From: Bdellovibrionales bacterium
GTDB lineage: Bacteria > Pseudomonadota > Alphaproteobacteria > Micavibrionales > UBA2020
Length of the DNA: 64,000 nt
NCBI GenBank assembly: GCA_038247245.1
Contig: JBBRVE010000002.1
Span: forward strand, 10,173 to 74,172
Reading direction: 5' to 3'
The notes under the pieces are model-generated. The model saw nothing but the letters and a program-made list of their open reading frames with translations. It had not been told where the DNA came from and made no database searches. Position 1 is the stretch's first letter, and the number at the start of each line of letters is the position of its first letter. Position numbers and translations under genes: made by a program. Below, piece by piece: positions 18,094 through 27,174 of the stretch.

Positions 18094-19326
18094 TTATTCG
18101 TCCTGCGCGGGCGTCAGGATGTTCACGCCCAGCTTGCGGATGGCGACGTCGTGCAGCCGTCTTGCGATGGCCAGCCACATGGGGCTGATCAGCAGCGACA
18201 GGGCGATCACGGAAATCATCAGGCGGTATCCCTCCGCCGAAATCACGTTCGCGGCCACGCCGCCCGCCACAAGGATAAATGAAAATTCGCCCAGCTGCCC
18301 CATCACCACGCCCGCATGGAACGCGCGCCGCCACGGCTCGCCCAGCAAATGCAGGATGCCGACGTTTACAAATGTTTTAAGGAAGGTGACGATGGCCAGT
18401 ACCAGCAGCACGTTTTTCCAGTTGGAAACGATATAATCAAGGTCGATCAGCAAGCCAATGGACAGGAAAAACACCATCAGCAGGATCGTCTGGATGGGTT
18501 CTGCCGCCTTGTGCATTGTCGCCCGTACATTTGAATTGCCGATGATCAGCCCCGCAAGGAACGCGCCATAGGCGGTGGAAAGGCCGACGAGCCCCGACAG
18601 CGTCGCCCATGTAAAGCAGAACGCCAATGCGGCCAGTGGAATGACTTCATGCCGCGACACAATCCAGCCCGACATGGGCAGGTCGATGCGGTCGCGCTTT
18701 GACAGGAACCAGCTGACGGCGACCAGCAGCCCGATTGCAATGGCCAGTTTCACGATAATGGCGGCGGTCACACCATTCGCGCCGATTGAACCTGCGTCAT
18801 GCCCGCTGCCGAACGCGCCGATGATCAGCAGCATGGGGATAACGGCAAGGTCTTGCGCGATCAGGACGGAAACGGTGGTGCGGCCGACAGGCGTGCGCAG
18901 CTCGTCCGTTTCCTCCAGAATTTTGATGGCGACAGCCGTGGATGACAGGGCCGTTGCAAAGGCGAAGACGACAATGCGCTCCAGAGTCCAGTCGAGGAAA
19001 TGGCCGATGCCGTAAAACACCGCCAGCGCCGCCACAATCTGCAGTGCAGCGACCGACAGCGCCTTCCGGTAAACCGTTTTGAAACTGCGCAAGCTGAGTT
19101 CCATGCCGATCAGGAACAGCAGCATGATCACGCCCAGTTCCGCCAGCACCTGCACAGTTTCTGTATTGGATACGAGCTTTAATCCCGTAGGGCCCAGCGC
19201 CACGCCCGCAAGGATATAGCCGACGATGGCGGGCTGGCGCAGGCGGATCAACGCAAGGCCGCAGAGCAATGCTGCGGTGGTGACAAGCGCGATGGAGGTA
19301 AGTGTGTCGATATGATCAGCGGCCAT
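18094..19326 (-). CDS. cation:proton antiporter (CPA2/Kef-type membrane domain only)
   Basis: 410 aa, polytopic. Motifs GYILAGV.LGP and LGVIMLLFLIGMELS are typical of Na+/H+ exchanger family proteins. Confidence 0.9.
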   Translation of the reverse strand: MAADHIDTLTSIALVTTAALLCGLALIRLRQPAIVGYILAGVALGPTGLKLVSNTETVQVLAELGVIMLLFLIGMELSLRSFKTVYRKALSVAALQIVAALAVFYGIGHFLDWTLERIVVFAFATALSSTAVAIKILEETDELRTPVGRTTVSVLIAQDLAVIPMLLIIGAFGSGHDAGSIGANGVTAAIIVKLAIAIGLLVAVSWFLSKRDRIDLPMSGWIVSRHEVIPLAALAFCFTWATLSGLVGLSTAYGAFLAGLIIGNSNVRATMHKAAEPIQTILLMVFFLSIGLLIDLDYIVSNWKNVLLVLAIVTFLKTFVNVGILHLLGEPWRRAFHAGVVMGQLGEFSFILVAGGVAANVISAEGYRLMISVIALSLLISPMWLAIARRLHDVAIRKLGVNILTPAQDE

Positions 19327-19360
19327 GCCTGATATCCTAACCCCTAAACCTTAACAAAAA

Positions 19361-19398
19361 AAAGCCGCGCCTGACATTAGTTTGTCGGGCGCGGCTTT
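19361..19398 (-). terminator. rho-independent terminator of the lipoprotein gene
   Basis: AAAGCCGCGCC / GGCGCGGCTTT stem, followed on the minus strand by a T8-9 run. Confidence 0.8.
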
Positions 19399-19411
19399 TG
19401 TATGTCGGTAA

Positions 19412-20599
19412 TTATTGCAGGTAGATGTGGATCTCGCTGTTGCGCACATCGGTGCTGTTCGCAGCGTTCAGGCGCACGCGTTCAACCGGCAGGCCCATTT
19501 GCGCGAGCGAGCGCAGGACGGCTTCGCCGTTCTTGCGGGCTTCGGACGATGCCAGCGCGACTTCGGCGGGGTTGCCGCGCGAGGGGGACACAGCCACGAG
19601 GTCGAAACGGGCAGCGGGGTATTTTTCCAGCGCCTGGCTGACCGCGTTATACAAAGGCTCCTGATAACTCACGTTCGGGCGGTCGAAACGGATGATGACC
19701 AGCGGGCGGCCGCGGGCGGGTGCCTGCGGCGCGTTGCGGTACATCTCGTTGTTCGATTCCGTCGCCTTTTTGTAAAGCGTGTTGGAAATGTTCTGGCCGT
19801 ACAGGTCGCCGTTGGTGATGGCGAGCGACAGCGTCTGCAGGTTCGCGCGTTCGGAGCGCAGGTACGATCCGCGGCGGTTGATCTCGTCGCCGACCGAGGT
19901 CAGCAGGCGGTTCAGGTTAACGATTTCCTGATTCACGTTGTCTTCCAGCGTGCGCAGGCGGTCATGGTCGGCCTTCACAGCGCCCGACAGGCCATAGGCC
20001 GCGCGGGTGTTTTCCTGCAGGTAAGCTGCCTTGGATGCTTCGTTTGCAAGGTCGGTCGCCAGCTCGTTCAGCAGGCCGGCGCTTTGCGACAGGCTGTCGA
20101 GGCTGTTTTCAGCGGCGTTCCAGCGTTCCACCAGCACGGGGTTGCCGGGGGTGGTGCCGGACTGCAGTTCGGTATTGATGGCGGCGACCTGTTCATAATA
20201 ACGCGCGGCATCGCTATCGCTTTTCGATTGCAGCGAACGCAGACGGCCCTGGAATTTCGAGGTCGTACCCTGCAGCGATGACAGGTCGCGGTTCAGGTCG
20301 TTCACCTTGCGCGACACCAGCGTCTCGACGCCGGAATGGTAATAGGGGACGGGCGAGAATTTCGTGGCGTTGTCTTCGGTCAGCACCGTGTCGCGCGATC
20401 CGCGGCGGTAAATCACATCGGGTGCGGGCGCATCGGTCTTCTGCAGCGCGGGGCGTGTATCCGTGGTGCGCGAGAAGCTGGGTGCCGCCACCTGATTGTC
20501 GCCATTGTAGGTGGCCATTTTGCCATCTGCCGTGCAGGCGCTTAAGGTTGCGCTCAGCGTGAGCGCGGCGACGAATGTGCGGAGAACGGTTTTCAGCAA
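19412..20599 (-). CDS. lipoprotein with coiled-coil middle region and degenerate OmpA-like C-terminal domain
   Basis: Lipobox LSATLSAC. The C-terminus FD......Y...L..V...L...P..R..L.....S.........S..R...V...L...G....R (..IHIYL) loosely follows the OmpA_C pattern. Confidence 0.6.
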   Translation of the reverse strand: MLKTVLRTFVAALTLSATLSACTADGKMATYNGDNQVAAPSFSRTTDTRPALQKTDAPAPDVIYRRGSRDTVLTEDNATKFSPVPYYHSGVETLVSRKVNDLNRDLSSLQGTTSKFQGRLRSLQSKSDSDAARYYEQVAAINTELQSGTTPGNPVLVERWNAAENSLDSLSQSAGLLNELATDLANEASKAAYLQENTRAAYGLSGAVKADHDRLRTLEDNVNQEIVNLNRLLTSVGDEINRRGSYLRSERANLQTLSLAITNGDLYGQNISNTLYKKATESNNEMYRNAPQAPARGRPLVIIRFDRPNVSYQEPLYNAVSQALEKYPAARFDLVAVSPSRGNPAEVALASSEARKNGEAVLRSLAQMGLPVERVRLNAANSTDVRNSEIHIYLQ

Positions 20600-20879
20600 G
20601 GCGCTACCTCGTATTCAAAAAAAAGCATGAACCTCTGGTGGGGTCATTGTTCTTTTTAAACTATAAATCCAAGGACTTGCAATATTGAATCGACTCTGGC
20701 ACCGGATCATTTGCGAGATTTCTTAAGGGGATGGCACTATTATCATTTTCATAACGATTTCAAAGACAAGCGAAATTCGCTATGCTGCCGCAAGGGTGTG
20801 AATACCCCCGAATAACCGCAGAAGTTGAACGCAATTCGCTTGCCCTTTCATTCCGAATCTTATAGAAACCATAAGTCTT

Positions 20880-20956
20880 GCGCCCATAGCTCAACTGGAT
20901 AGAGCATCTGACTACGAATCAGAAGGTTAGGAGTTCGAATCTCTTTGGGCGCACCA
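20880..20956 (+). tRNA. tRNA-Arg (anticodon ACG)
   Basis: Hand-folded cloverleaf: acceptor GCGCCCA/TGGGCGC, D-arm GCTC..GAGC, anticodon stem TCTGA/TCAGA with loop CTACGAA, T-arm AGGAG-TTCGAAT-CTCTT, and an encoded CCA. Confidence 0.95.
20912..20956 (+). repeat. attL core (3' 45 nt of the intact tRNA-Arg)
   Basis: CTACGAATCAGAAGGTTAGGAGTTCGAATCTCTTTGGGCGCACCA, identical to 41603-41647. Confidence 0.9.
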
Positions 20957-21000
20957 TTATTTCAAGCACTTAGGTGCTTTCTCGGTTATCTAATAAGTTA

Positions 21001-21024
21001 CCAAGTGACCTATAAGTGACCCAA
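21001..21024 (+). repeat. 24-bp repeat CCAAGTGACCTATAAGTGACCCAA (two AAGTGACC 8-mers 11 bp apart), attL-proximal copy
   Basis: Exact second copy at 41462-41485. Candidate integrase/excisionase arm-type binding sites. Confidence 0.6.
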
Positions 21025-21837
21025 AAACCTCCACAAAAGACCGAATCTCCCCCGTATCTCGCGCACGAACTCGCCAGAAAAGACTTATTCGAATATTCGG
21101 ATTTGTATTCCGATGCGGATATTCAGGCGATTTGTGCGCGGCATGAAATTTCGTTTGAAGATCGCGGCAGGGTGTTTGGCGCGGTGCTGGATTTTGCAGC
21201 GAAGAGGTATGCAGCGCTGAAATATCGGGAGTCGATTGATCTAAGTCCCTCCGAAACCGGCAGGCATCTGACCAGCCTGCGCAGGGCAGCGAAAGAACTG
21301 GCTGCGGAGTTAGGGCGGCTGCCGCCCGCATCGCGCGAAGTTTTCGACAAGGCCGAGGGCGAACTGCAACGGGAACTCGAAAACCGGCTGGAAGAAGTTT
21401 CGATGCAGCGCGAGACATCACCGCCAGCGCGCATGGAGCAGGCCGCGACGGGCTCGTTTCATGTTATACGCGACAAAGAACCAACCGATGGCTGGCAGGG
21501 CTGGGAAACGCGCATGGAATATGTGGCGTTCAGGGATATCGAAAATGCGCTGAAGCAACTGCAAATGATTTGCGAAACGGGCATCGGATATTTGCAGCCG
21601 CAAAAGGGCGGCAGGCCGGAAAACAAGGCCATGCAAGTCTGGACGGGAATGCTCAGCGATTTCTGGGCGAAAGACCTAAAGCGCGTCTATAGGGTCGATG
21701 GCTATAAGGGCGAGGTCGTGAGCGATGCGGGTGATTTCCTGACTGATTGCCTTAAGCTCCTCGACCCCGCCGCTATAGACCAGCTCTATAGCCAAATGCG
21801 CCGCTATCGTGAAACCATGCCGCGCAAAAAGGCTTAA
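21016..21837 (+). CDS. hypothetical island protein
   Basis: 273-aa ORF with a GTG start lying inside the 24-bp repeat. Protein-like composition, no recognised domain. Confidence 0.6.
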   Translation: MTQKPPQKTESPPYLAHELARKDLFEYSDLYSDADIQAICARHEISFEDRGRVFGAVLDFAAKRYAALKYRESIDLSPSETGRHLTSLRRAAKELAAELGRLPPASREVFDKAEGELQRELENRLEEVSMQRETSPPARMEQAATGSFHVIRDKEPTDGWQGWETRMEYVAFRDIENALKQLQMICETGIGYLQPQKGGRPENKAMQVWTGMLSDFWAKDLKRVYRVDGYKGEVVSDAGDFLTDCLKLLDPAAIDQLYSQMRRYRETMPRKKA

Positions 21838-22046
21838 GGCATCGCTATAGTCCAGCATTTAAGCCTTTCACCTTAAGCCTAGCCTTAAGCCGCTATAGCA
21901 ATCCCTATAATTCCCTAATCCCAACATTAACTGCCCGACAGAAAGAGGCAGTTAATGTTTCTGGGTTATCACCAGTGCTTTGAAATGACGAAGCTGCTGC
22001 CTTGCGCAATGCTGTCCTCAGGTAAAACCAGAGTCGAGGATGACAA

Positions 22047-22274
22047 ATGAGCGCAACAGAGAAAACATCAGGGCAGGACGACATGAACCGCCTGATCAAC
22101 GAAACGGAAGCGGCGGGGTTTTTGGGATATTCCATCCGCGCCCTGCAAAACTGGCGATACAGGGGAGGTGGGCCGGATTTTGTGAAGGTGTCGCGGCGGT
22201 CGGTGCGTTATCGCCGCAAAGACCTGATCGCCTGGGCGGATCGCAACACAGTTTCCAGCACATCGGAATACTGA
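22047..22274 (+). CDS. AlpA/excisionase-family helix-turn-helix protein
   Basis: 75 aa. The pattern LINETEAAGFLGYSIRALQNWRYRGGGPDFVKVSRRSVRYRRKDLIAWA matches the HTH_17/AlpA pattern (L...E.A..LG.S...L......G..P.....G.R.V.Y...DL..W). Confidence 0.8.
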   Translation: MSATEKTSGQDDMNRLINETEAAGFLGYSIRALQNWRYRGGGPDFVKVSRRSVRYRRKDLIAWADRNTVSSTSEY

Positions 22275-22975
22275 TGCGCCCGCCCCTACATCCTCCTGTG
22301 CAACCCGTCACGCAACCTTATGGCTTCGTGGCCAACCTGCGGGTCCAGCGTGCAGCAGGTTTTGATGCGGATTTACAAAACATGACCTTCCGTGTTTTCG
22401 CACTGATAGTGACCTATGCCGACAAAAACGGCGAATGTTACCCGTCGATTGCCAAAATGGCGAAAAAGCTGGGCGTATCGCGGCAGGCCATACAAAACCA
22501 GATACGCAAGCTGGTGGATAAGGGCTATTTAAAATCCTGTCCCCAGACCAGCCGGACAAACATTTATAAAATCCTGCAACCAGCCGCAGGTTGCCCTGCG
22601 CCGCAACCGCATGCAGTTGACACCGCCGCAACCCCATTCGGTTGCCCAAAGATACCCCTTAAAAAAACAGATAAAGACCACCGATTGCATTCAAGGGTAG
22701 AGACAAAATGGGGCGGTCAGCGCGCGTATTATCAGGAAAAGCGAAGGGAACATGAAACGGGCATATCCAAAACCGATGAAGTGGAGTTGCAAATGTTGCG
22801 GGAACAGGCGCATCACGGTTTAAATGTCGGTCAGCGCATCGAAATGGATATGGATTTACAGGCCAGTGCCACGCGGTTGCATCCAAATCACAAACAGCGC
22901 CACGAATATTTGAAATCCCGTTATGCCGCTTTGCGTGACGCGACAGCCCGCGAAGCGGTCATCCAAGCGGAATGA
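22274..22975 (+). CDS. winged-helix DNA-binding protein (HTH_36-like, replication-initiator-like)
   Basis: Start at MRPPLHPP, overlapping the upstream stop (TGATG). Motif FRVFALIVTYADKNGECYPSIAKMAKKLGVSRQAIQNQIRKLVDKGYL. Confidence 0.75.
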   Translation: MRPPLHPPVQPVTQPYGFVANLRVQRAAGFDADLQNMTFRVFALIVTYADKNGECYPSIAKMAKKLGVSRQAIQNQIRKLVDKGYLKSCPQTSRTNIYKILQPAAGCPAPQPHAVDTAATPFGCPKIPLKKTDKDHRLHSRVETKWGGQRAYYQEKRREHETGISKTDEVELQMLREQAHHGLNVGQRIEMDMDLQASATRLHPNHKQRHEYLKSRYAALRDATAREAVIQAE

Positions 22976-23438
22976 AGCAGTATCAGCCCGCTTCACAAGC
23001 GGTTAATCAAGCACAATTCAAGTGTGATTAACGGCGCTTCAAACTACAGGTGAAGCGCGAATTGGCACGATTTCAAGCCCTCGCCAAGCAGAAGTTTGAT
23101 AAAACTATCGCTTCGTAGCGTGTTTAAGTGGTTGCGAAGCCCATGCAAGCGGGGTTTTCTAAGTAGTCGTCCCCTTTTCAGGGCTTAAACACCAAGTATA
23201 GCAAGCCGATTAGCTTTCTCATGACCTGAAGAGGTGATCACGCGCTGCACTCGCCATCAATGGAAGGCTAGATCTTACATTTTGGTATATCAATGCGGAG
23301 CGCGTTCTCGACTGCGGTTCTATCGTGACGGAGTGCAACGGAAAGATTATCGCGAAAACAAGCATCCTGCCGAAGCCGTAAGCGGCCTTTCGGAACAAGA
23401 AACACTTCAGCATTCACCTGTTCAAGCGGAGACGTTCC

Positions 23439-23750
23439 ATGAAGGAAGGCCTGTCGATAAAGTTCAACGACAAATCGAGGTTCCTGAAGCCTGCACCCAA
23501 GCCCACGATCAAGAATGAGAACGACATCAAGGTCGGCCACCGCATCGAAGCGGAGGGCTCGAAGATCGCCGTCCGGGGCGGCAAGATCGTGAGCCGATGG
23601 GAGTCCCTGCTAAAGAAAGACCCCAGGAGCCGACACGAGACACCCAAGCAGAAACTCAACGATTACCGCCAGGCCGCTGCCGAAGCGGCTGCGCGCAAGC
23701 ACAAGGCGGCTCGCGCCCACCGCAAGCCCAACGGCGCGCCGACACCCTGA
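23439..23750 (+). CDS. small basic hypothetical protein
   Basis: 103 aa, Lys/Arg-rich, with GGAGA 8-9 nt upstream of the ATG and a terminator directly downstream. Confidence 0.5.
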   Translation: MKEGLSIKFNDKSRFLKPAPKPTIKNENDIKVGHRIEAEGSKIAVRGGKIVSRWESLLKKDPRSRHETPKQKLNDYRQAAAEAAARKHKAARAHRKPNGAPTP

Positions 23751-23765
23751 CGAAGGGTGAAGCCT

Positions 23766-23803
23766 AAACACAACGGCCTGCCTTGCTGGAGGCCGTTGTG
23801 TTT
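23766..23803 (+). terminator. rho-independent terminator
   Basis: AAACACAACGGCCT / AGGCCGTTGTGTTT 14-bp stem ending in a T run. Confidence 0.75.
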
Positions 23804-23836
23804 TCCAGTCTTGCAGTGTAGGGGTCACTAACTACA

Positions 23837-24022
23837 TCACTTGCACGGCTTGCTAGTTGCCGATTGAGCATCCTCAGACTTTTGCGCCCTTGTAGCATCG
23901 TCCTCTTCGATTATGTGCCCGCATCGAACGGTAATCGCAGGTGTAAGAACGACATATGCTCCATACGAAAGCATTGCTGCTGCAATTAATCCGACAAGAG
24001 CGATTTTATACCGTGATTTCAT
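23837..24022 (-). CDS. putative immunity protein of orphan toxin 4 (single-pass membrane peptide)
   Basis: 61 aa with one TM helix (IALVGLIAAAMLSYGAYVVL). Starts 11 nt after the toxin stop. Assigned by position only. Confidence 0.5.
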   Translation of the reverse strand: MKSRYKIALVGLIAAAMLSYGAYVVLTPAITVRCGHIIEEDDATRAQKSEDAQSATSKPCK

Positions 24023-24032
24023 TGACTATCCC

Positions 24033-24773
24033 TTAATTGAGGGGTGGGGGCGTAATTGTTACAGGCACGGGTAGTGATATGGACTTCGACGATGCTGTGA
24101 TGGATTGCCATCCCAGTGGTGCCTCAAGAGTGGCTCCGGAAAAACGGCCTACCTTAGTCCTGATGGTTACATCACCGGGCGAGCCGATCATTGTTATGCT
24201 CTTTCCAGGAAACTTTTTGGCCAGCCAATACGCAAGCCTGCCATTAAAGCTGTTAATGCCTCCCTGCGAGCCGCCACACACAAGAGAATGAATTGGCTTA
24301 TCTGGCGTGTAACCAGCGTCAAGCATATCCTGTCCAACTTCTTCAAACGAAAGCAGTGATCCTCCTTCTTCAGCAGTCGATACCGCGTATGGATCATAAA
24401 GGCCGGAACTTTCGTTCTTTTTACCGTGTGCGCCCAAAGTAAAATAATTGGAATTATTGTATGAATGGTTAGCACGCCAACTCGTATAATTATCATAACT
24501 CCATGCCATTGACATTTTGTTAACATCTACAAGCCCGAGATAATCGCTGTATCTGATCGGGTTCTGACCCACGTAATTGAATAAGTTAGAGCCTCCGTTG
24601 AAACCAATCGGATCACTTTGCACATACCTTCCTACCTTTATGGCAACCTGATTATCCCGTCCGCGCGCCTGAATCTCATGTTCCTGCAAAATGTTGCCGA
24701 TGCCGTCGTAGGCACAGGCTGTCAAGTAAGCGGTGGCGAGTTCTTCGGAAATGGCGCAAATGTCGCGGGGCAA
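24033..24773 (-). CDS. orphan Rhs C-terminal toxin cassette 4
   Basis: Carries the Rhs core-end motif VGRYVQSDPIGFNGGSNLFNYVGQNPIRYSDYLGL, then a unique ~170-aa C-terminal domain. TTG start with GAGGA 6 nt upstream. Confidence 0.8.
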   Translation of the reverse strand: MPRDICAISEELATAYLTACAYDGIGNILQEHEIQARGRDNQVAIKVGRYVQSDPIGFNGGSNLFNYVGQNPIRYSDYLGLVDVNKMSMAWSYDNYTSWRANHSYNNSNYFTLGAHGKKNESSGLYDPYAVSTAEEGGSLLSFEEVGQDMLDAGYTPDKPIHSLVCGGSQGGINSFNGRLAYWLAKKFPGKSITMIGSPGDVTIRTKVGRFSGATLEAPLGWQSITASSKSISLPVPVTITPPPLN

Positions 24774-24803
24774 GCGGATTCCTCAAAGCGGGAGTTCAGG
24801 TTG

Positions 24804-25286
24804 TCAACTTACGCCGCCCCTCGTCGAAGAGGCGAGCCTTAATAGTATTTTGTCAGCTGACTGTTTAAATGAATGATACACCTCCAAACCTTCTCTTCTT
24901 ATAGCAACGTCAAGTTTGGCACTAAGTTGCTGGAGTATATTGCTTGCATCTTCAACTTTTCCTTGACGCTCACAATACAAAGCAAAATATATTTCAAGAG
25001 AGCCTTCTCGCTCAAGATTGGTGTATCCAAGCGCTATAACGTTATCATGTAATTCCTTCACCATCGAGAACTGCGCGTTATGATCGCAAAAGAGCATCAT
25101 TTTCCACTCTGCCACTCTGCGTCTGACCTCCAATTTTGATTCTTCCGACGACGCTAACGCTAGACAAGTTTCTTCCGCCTCATTTAGAGTGGGTCCAATT
25201 TCGGCTATAGGCTTTTCGAACGCACGAGCTGCAGTTGTATCCAATATTCTCGCGATTCTTCTGGATTCATTCTCACTATTTGTCAT
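24804..25286 (-). CDS. putative immunity protein of orphan toxin 3
   Basis: 160-aa, helical-looking cytoplasmic protein starting 9 nt after the toxin stop. Low GC. Assigned by position only. Confidence 0.6.
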   Translation of the reverse strand: MTNSENESRRIARILDTTAARAFEKPIAEIGPTLNEAEETCLALASSEESKLEVRRRVAEWKMMLFCDHNAQFSMVKELHDNVIALGYTNLEREGSLEIYFALYCERQGKVEDASNILQQLSAKLDVAIRREGLEVYHSFKQSADKILLRLASSTRGGVS

Positions 25287-25294
25287 TACGCAAC

Positions 25295-25978
25295 CTATTT
25301 TGGTGAGGAAAAATTCCAGTAGTCACATCTGGCTAAACCGCTGCCACTAAGCGTACTAGAGGGCCATTCTCCCTCTCTGACGCATGCCTGCCTGCAAAGG
25401 TCGCAACGTCCGGAATTAGGAGCGCTACCGGGCAGATCATCTAACGATGTGTCCAGACAGCTGACGTAATGCGCCTGACAGCTTTTACCTTCATCCGATT
25501 TTTTAGGGATGGCTGGGGGCGGCGCAGGGGGCGCATCCCCTCCTGTTCGGGGCGATGACTTGTTGCAAGCAGAATTTGGATCTTTATGACATTGTTCAAT
25601 CTGCTTTTGGATGATGTCGGCAACTATGATACCAGTGATTACGAGCACGCACCCTTCCATAACAAGAGCCACTGCATTCCCTGTCGGGTCAATGTTCATC
25701 ACAGGGTTGACGTTGGCGTAGTTGAAGGTGTTGAGGCCGCCATAGATGCCGATAGGGTCGGATGAGATATAGCGGCCAACAGTTGCCTCTGACGCAGCTT
25801 CGCCGTACCGAGGGGCATTTTCTCTAGACGCTGTAAGAGCTTGCGGATAAAAATTTCTGCCGCGCCTGCCACTTCCGTAAAAAATTTTCTCTGACGCGCT
25901 TTTTTCCGCGCGCAGCGACATTCCGGCGAACATGCCGGGCGGCGGTGCGGATGGCTGCGGGTGCTGGCTAAGAAGCAA
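25295..25978 (-). CDS. orphan Rhs C-terminal toxin cassette 3
   Basis: [35 protein letters not shown], followed by a hydrophobic helix (AVALVMEGCVLVITGIIVADII) and a Cys-rich tail. TTG start with AGGAG 8 nt upstream. Confidence 0.75.
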   Translation of the reverse strand: MLLSQHPQPSAPPPGMFAGMSLRAEKSASEKIFYGSGRRGRNFYPQALTASRENAPRYGEAASEATVGRYISSDPIGIYGGLNTFNYANVNPVMNIDPTGNAVALVMEGCVLVITGIIVADIIQKQIEQCHKDPNSACNKSSPRTGGDAPPAPPPAIPKKSDEGKSCQAHYVSCLDTSLDDLPGSAPNSGRCDLCRQACVREGEWPSSTLSGSGLARCDYWNFSSPK

Positions 25979-26055
25979 GATTATTTCTCCTGCCTCAAGT
26001 TTCCCTCACCGGGGCGCGCGGCGCAAGGGGCGTTTTTTGGCATTGGAGGGCCTTT

Positions 26056-27174
26056 TCAGGCGGTTTGGTCGGGTTCTGCCTCGTCGGCATCCAGCACCCG
26101 CGCAAGGGCTTCCTGCGCCTCCGGGGCGGGCGCGCTGCCGGGCTCATGCTGCGCCCGGTGCAGGCGCGCGGGGTGCGTGGCGGTATGGATGGCTTGCAGC
26201 TTGTCGATGGCGACATGTGTGTAAATCGCCGTGGTTTCCAGTTTTTCATGGCCGAGCATGGCTTGAAGGAAGCGTATATCCGCGCCGCCTTCAAGCATGT
26301 GCGTGGCGCAGGCGTGGCGCAGCAGATGGGTCGCCCCCGGCTTGTTTATCCCGGCGCATTCCATGTACTTCCTCATGCGCGCGGCGATGAAGGCGGGCAG
26401 GCACGGCTCCCCGTAATCGGTCACGAACAGCGCTTCATGCTCGTGCGTGAGCAGCTGCGGCCTGCCTTCGAGCAGGTACTTGTCGAGCCATGCCAGCGCC
26501 CTCTCGCCTATCGGCACCACCCGGTCGCGCTTGTTCTTCCCTTCGCGCACGGCGATAAGGCGGCGGTGGAAGTCGGCGTCATAAATGGCAAGGTTCGCGG
26601 CCTCCGTCCGGCGCAGGCCCGTGCTGTACAGCAGTTCCAGCAGCGCCCGGTCGCGCAGGCCCATCGGGTCGCTAGGGTCGGCCTCGGCCAGTATCGCCTC
26701 CACCTCCGGGATGGACAGCACCACGCGCGGAAGCCGCTTGCCGTCGCGCGGAATGTCCAGCTCGGAAGCCGGATTGTAAAGGATATGGTTTTCTCTCGCC
26801 AGCCAACGGAACCAGAGTTTCAGCGGCACAAGGCAGCCCATTTGTGTGCCGGAGGTGAGCGGCTTTCCGTCCGGCTTGCGGTAGTAAAACAGATGCCGCT
26901 GGTAACGCTCCACCACCTGCTTGCTCACATCGGCGGGTTTCATCAACCCGCGCTCGTCGCACCACACGATAAAGCGCCGGATGGCGACGCGGCGCGACTG
27001 CACGGTGTCGGCGCTGTAGCCGTGCACGGCCAGCCATTCCAGATGTTCGTGCATGTAGGGCAGCATCGGGTGGTCTGCAAGCGGGTCGCGGGCCGCTGCT
27101 TGCGGCGGGCGCGGCGGCTTGCGCGCGTTGCGTTTGCGCGTCTTGATGCGCCAGCGCAGGCCCTTGGTTGTCAT
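26056..27174 (-). CDS. tyrosine-type site-specific recombinase (XerC/D-like)
   Basis: 372 aa. Motifs GLRRTEA, HLLRHACATHMLEGGADIRFLQAMLGHEKLETTAIYTHV (R...H..R...Y catalytic set). The start overlaps the upstream stop (ATGA). Confidence 0.92.
   Translation of the reverse strand: MTTKGLRWRIKTRKRNARKPPRPPQAAARDPLADHPMLPYMHEHLEWLAVHGYSADTVQSRRVAIRRFIVWCDERGLMKPADVSKQVVERYQRHLFYYRKPDGKPLTSGTQMGCLVPLKLWFRWLARENHILYNPASELDIPRDGKRLPRVVLSIPEVEAILAEADPSDPMGLRDRALLELLYSTGLRRTEAANLAIYDADFHRRLIAVREGKNKRDRVVPIGERALAWLDKYLLEGRPQLLTHEHEALFVTDYGEPCLPAFIAARMRKYMECAGINKPGATHLLRHACATHMLEGGADIRFLQAMLGHEKLETTAIYTHVAIDKLQAIHTATHPARLHRAQHEPGSAPAPEAQEALARVLDADEAEPDQTA

Noticed and set aside
20964-20979. Small hairpin AAGCACttagGTGCTT right after the tRNA-Arg CCA end, considered as an island-supplied tRNA terminator.
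   Set aside because: The stem is only 6 bp with a weak T tail. It is plausible but too weak to list as a feature.
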